39,340 nucleotides of DNA from Dirinaria sp. TL-2023a (lineage: Eukaryota): positions 1 through 39,340 of the forward strand of contig JAVEBF010000050.1 of assembly GCA_051941275.1 (NCBI GenBank), in the 5' to 3' direction. Position 1 is the stretch's first letter, and each line of letters opens with the position of its first letter. The translations under genes were made by a program, and so were the position numbers. The notes under the pieces were generated by a model. That model saw only the letters and a list, made by a program, of their open reading frames with translations. It was not told where the DNA came from and did no database searches. Of the stretch, positions 37,709-39,340 are shown piece after piece.

Positions 37709-39340
37709 ATGAGGTCCGCGATTCACTCTGATCGTCGCGACAAGATAAACGCGATCGACGCGACGTCGACAAATGAACGAGACATCATCGAGACGTCTTC
37801 GCAGAGAAAGATATCAAAATCGAACGAAATATTGAATGAGATAAATAAAATTGTGAGACTCTATGAGTCTAAGAGAATCTATGTCAGCGAAATAATGTCG
37901 ATGACTAAACTGCACAATCTGTTCGACATGATTCGCGCAAAAACGCGTCAGAGCGAAGTCGCAATTATCTCGATCACACAAAATGATAACGACGCGATGA
38001 TTGCGCGACTTGAGAAAATGATCAGCAGATTTGAAAAAGCTGTACAAAAGAAGAAACACGTGCAGAAAAAGAGCAATTGAGCGAAAATAACGATCATGAG
38101 CATCGCGAGCGCACAGAGAACAACACGCGTTAACGTTACTGCTATATCGTCGAAACGTCAGCTGAGCAAAGAACTGAAAATTGTGATCTGAATCAAAGAA
38201 AACGCGAAAACGAAAAAAATACAGAAAATGAGTATAGCAGAGATAATCGCACTGACACAAAAGTTCAACAGCGTCAACACGCTGTCGACGCGCAAAAATA
38301 TATTGAGAATTCGAAAATTCAAAAGCATGATAGTTTTTCGCGTCGACTCGAAAACTGTTAGAAAAACGCTGAAATCGAGCGATTATTGAGTCAAAGATGT
38401 ATTTAAAACGATCACTCTGCGTCAGAAACGCGCAGACGTACTGATACACGAAATACGAGTCAAAAAAATGTCAGTAGATATGACGAAAAGTTCAAAATGT
38501 CAAAGATTCAATTTTGATTAAATAGATTTCTCAATGATAAAAGTTTCGACAGCGTCAAAAGATTAACTAAATCAAATCAAAAGATTTGATGTCTATTTTA
38601 CTATTTAAATATTTCAGAATCGTAACACAAAGATCATTGAAGAAATCTGCGCAAAAACACATTCGAGACTTAAAATGAATAAAACAAAGTGATTTACGAA
38701 GAATATCGACAAAAAAGATTATTCGTTTTTGATCGTGTGAGTCACGAGCGCTGAAATGACAAATCGTCTGATTCAATGAGATATAACGATTGAATTCGAC
38801 ATCAAGACGATTCAGTATTACGACAAAGAGAGCAGACTGAAGCAGTGTTTGAAATGTCAAAAATATGAGCATCTAATCTACGCGTGCAAGAATAATCAAC
38901 AATGCGCTCACTGCGCACAGAATCATCGCACAGAAATCTGCTCTAATATCAAGAAAGAGAACAGCTGAAAATGCGAAGCATGCAAGAGCAAGCATCGAGC
39001 GTTTGATCTCAGATGTTCTAAAAGACAGACTAAAAAACAAAAAATCAGAGTCGTCGAAAGAGTGAGATCGACGCTACACGCGATGCGCGTCACGACGACG
39101 AATAGATTAACGACAAATTTCATCTTGAGAAACATATCAACGTCGTCAGTCGTACTGAAGAAGACAGATAAACGAAAAGTTTCATCGATCTCGAGCTCAA
39201 GCAAATCATCGACGACGAGCAAATTTCAGAACGCTTCGATAGTTGCTGAGAATAGCGTGACAGTTAAACTACTTAAGAAAAATCGATCGAATGACTCAAT
39301 CGAGAGTCAAACGACATTGACGAGTCAGCGTAACGACGAC
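37709..39340 (+). mobile_element. Inactivated non-LTR retrotransposon (Tad1-like LINE) ORF1/gag, hypermutated; runs off the window end
   Basis: One reading frame from 37709 to the window end, broken by TGA codons and an AT-rich insert. Three Cys/His knuckles at 38846-39016 (CLKCQKYEHLIYAC, CAHCAQNHRTEIC, CEACKSKHRAFDLRC) are typical of fungal LINE ORF1. Confidence 0.85.

Noticed and set aside
37814..39222. Minus-strand ORFs of 211, 101 and 99 aa
   Set aside because: They are antisense shadows of the mutated LINE ORF1, with biased composition and no motifs.
37709..39340. TGA-as-Trp recoding or mitochondrial (NUMT) origin of the right-end ORF
   Set aside because: Genetic code 4 would explain the TGA codons but not the total absence of Gly, Pro, CC and GG. 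The knuckles indicate a nuclear LINE ORF1, and neighbouring genes use TGA as a stop.

Overview
This is a gene-dense, intron-rich window from a filamentous ascomycete (Pezizomycotina; GT-AG introns with CTRAC/GCTAA branch points). It holds 13 recognisable protein-coding genes: Rheb GTPase, seryl-tRNA synthetase, a Zn-finger C78/Mug105-like peptidase, an atypical cytochrome P450, Fap7/AK6, Ham1 ITPase, myosin V, 3-phosphoglycerate dehydrogenase, Nap1, a P5B ATPase, a SAM methyltransferase, ribosomal protein eS1 and an ABHD11-like hydrolase. Small inverted-repeat elements cluster at 30.6-31.8 kb. The right end is repeat-derived: a solo LTR with a 5-bp TSD, then a decayed LINE ORF1. The most striking signal is in that LINE. 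By eye, about 1.6 kb has no CC or GG dinucleotide, while CpA/TpG and CpG are abundant, and every in-frame stop in the coding portion is TGA. This points to a RIP-like genome-defence mutagenesis with CpC rather than canonical CpA specificity. Other leads are a P450 lacking its heme-ligating Cys, a U13/snR45-like snoRNA candidate, a telomere-repeat-bearing foldback element and TAAGGTA motif arrays in most intergenic spacers. All calls were made by eye without database searches, and exon boundaries are approximate where noted.
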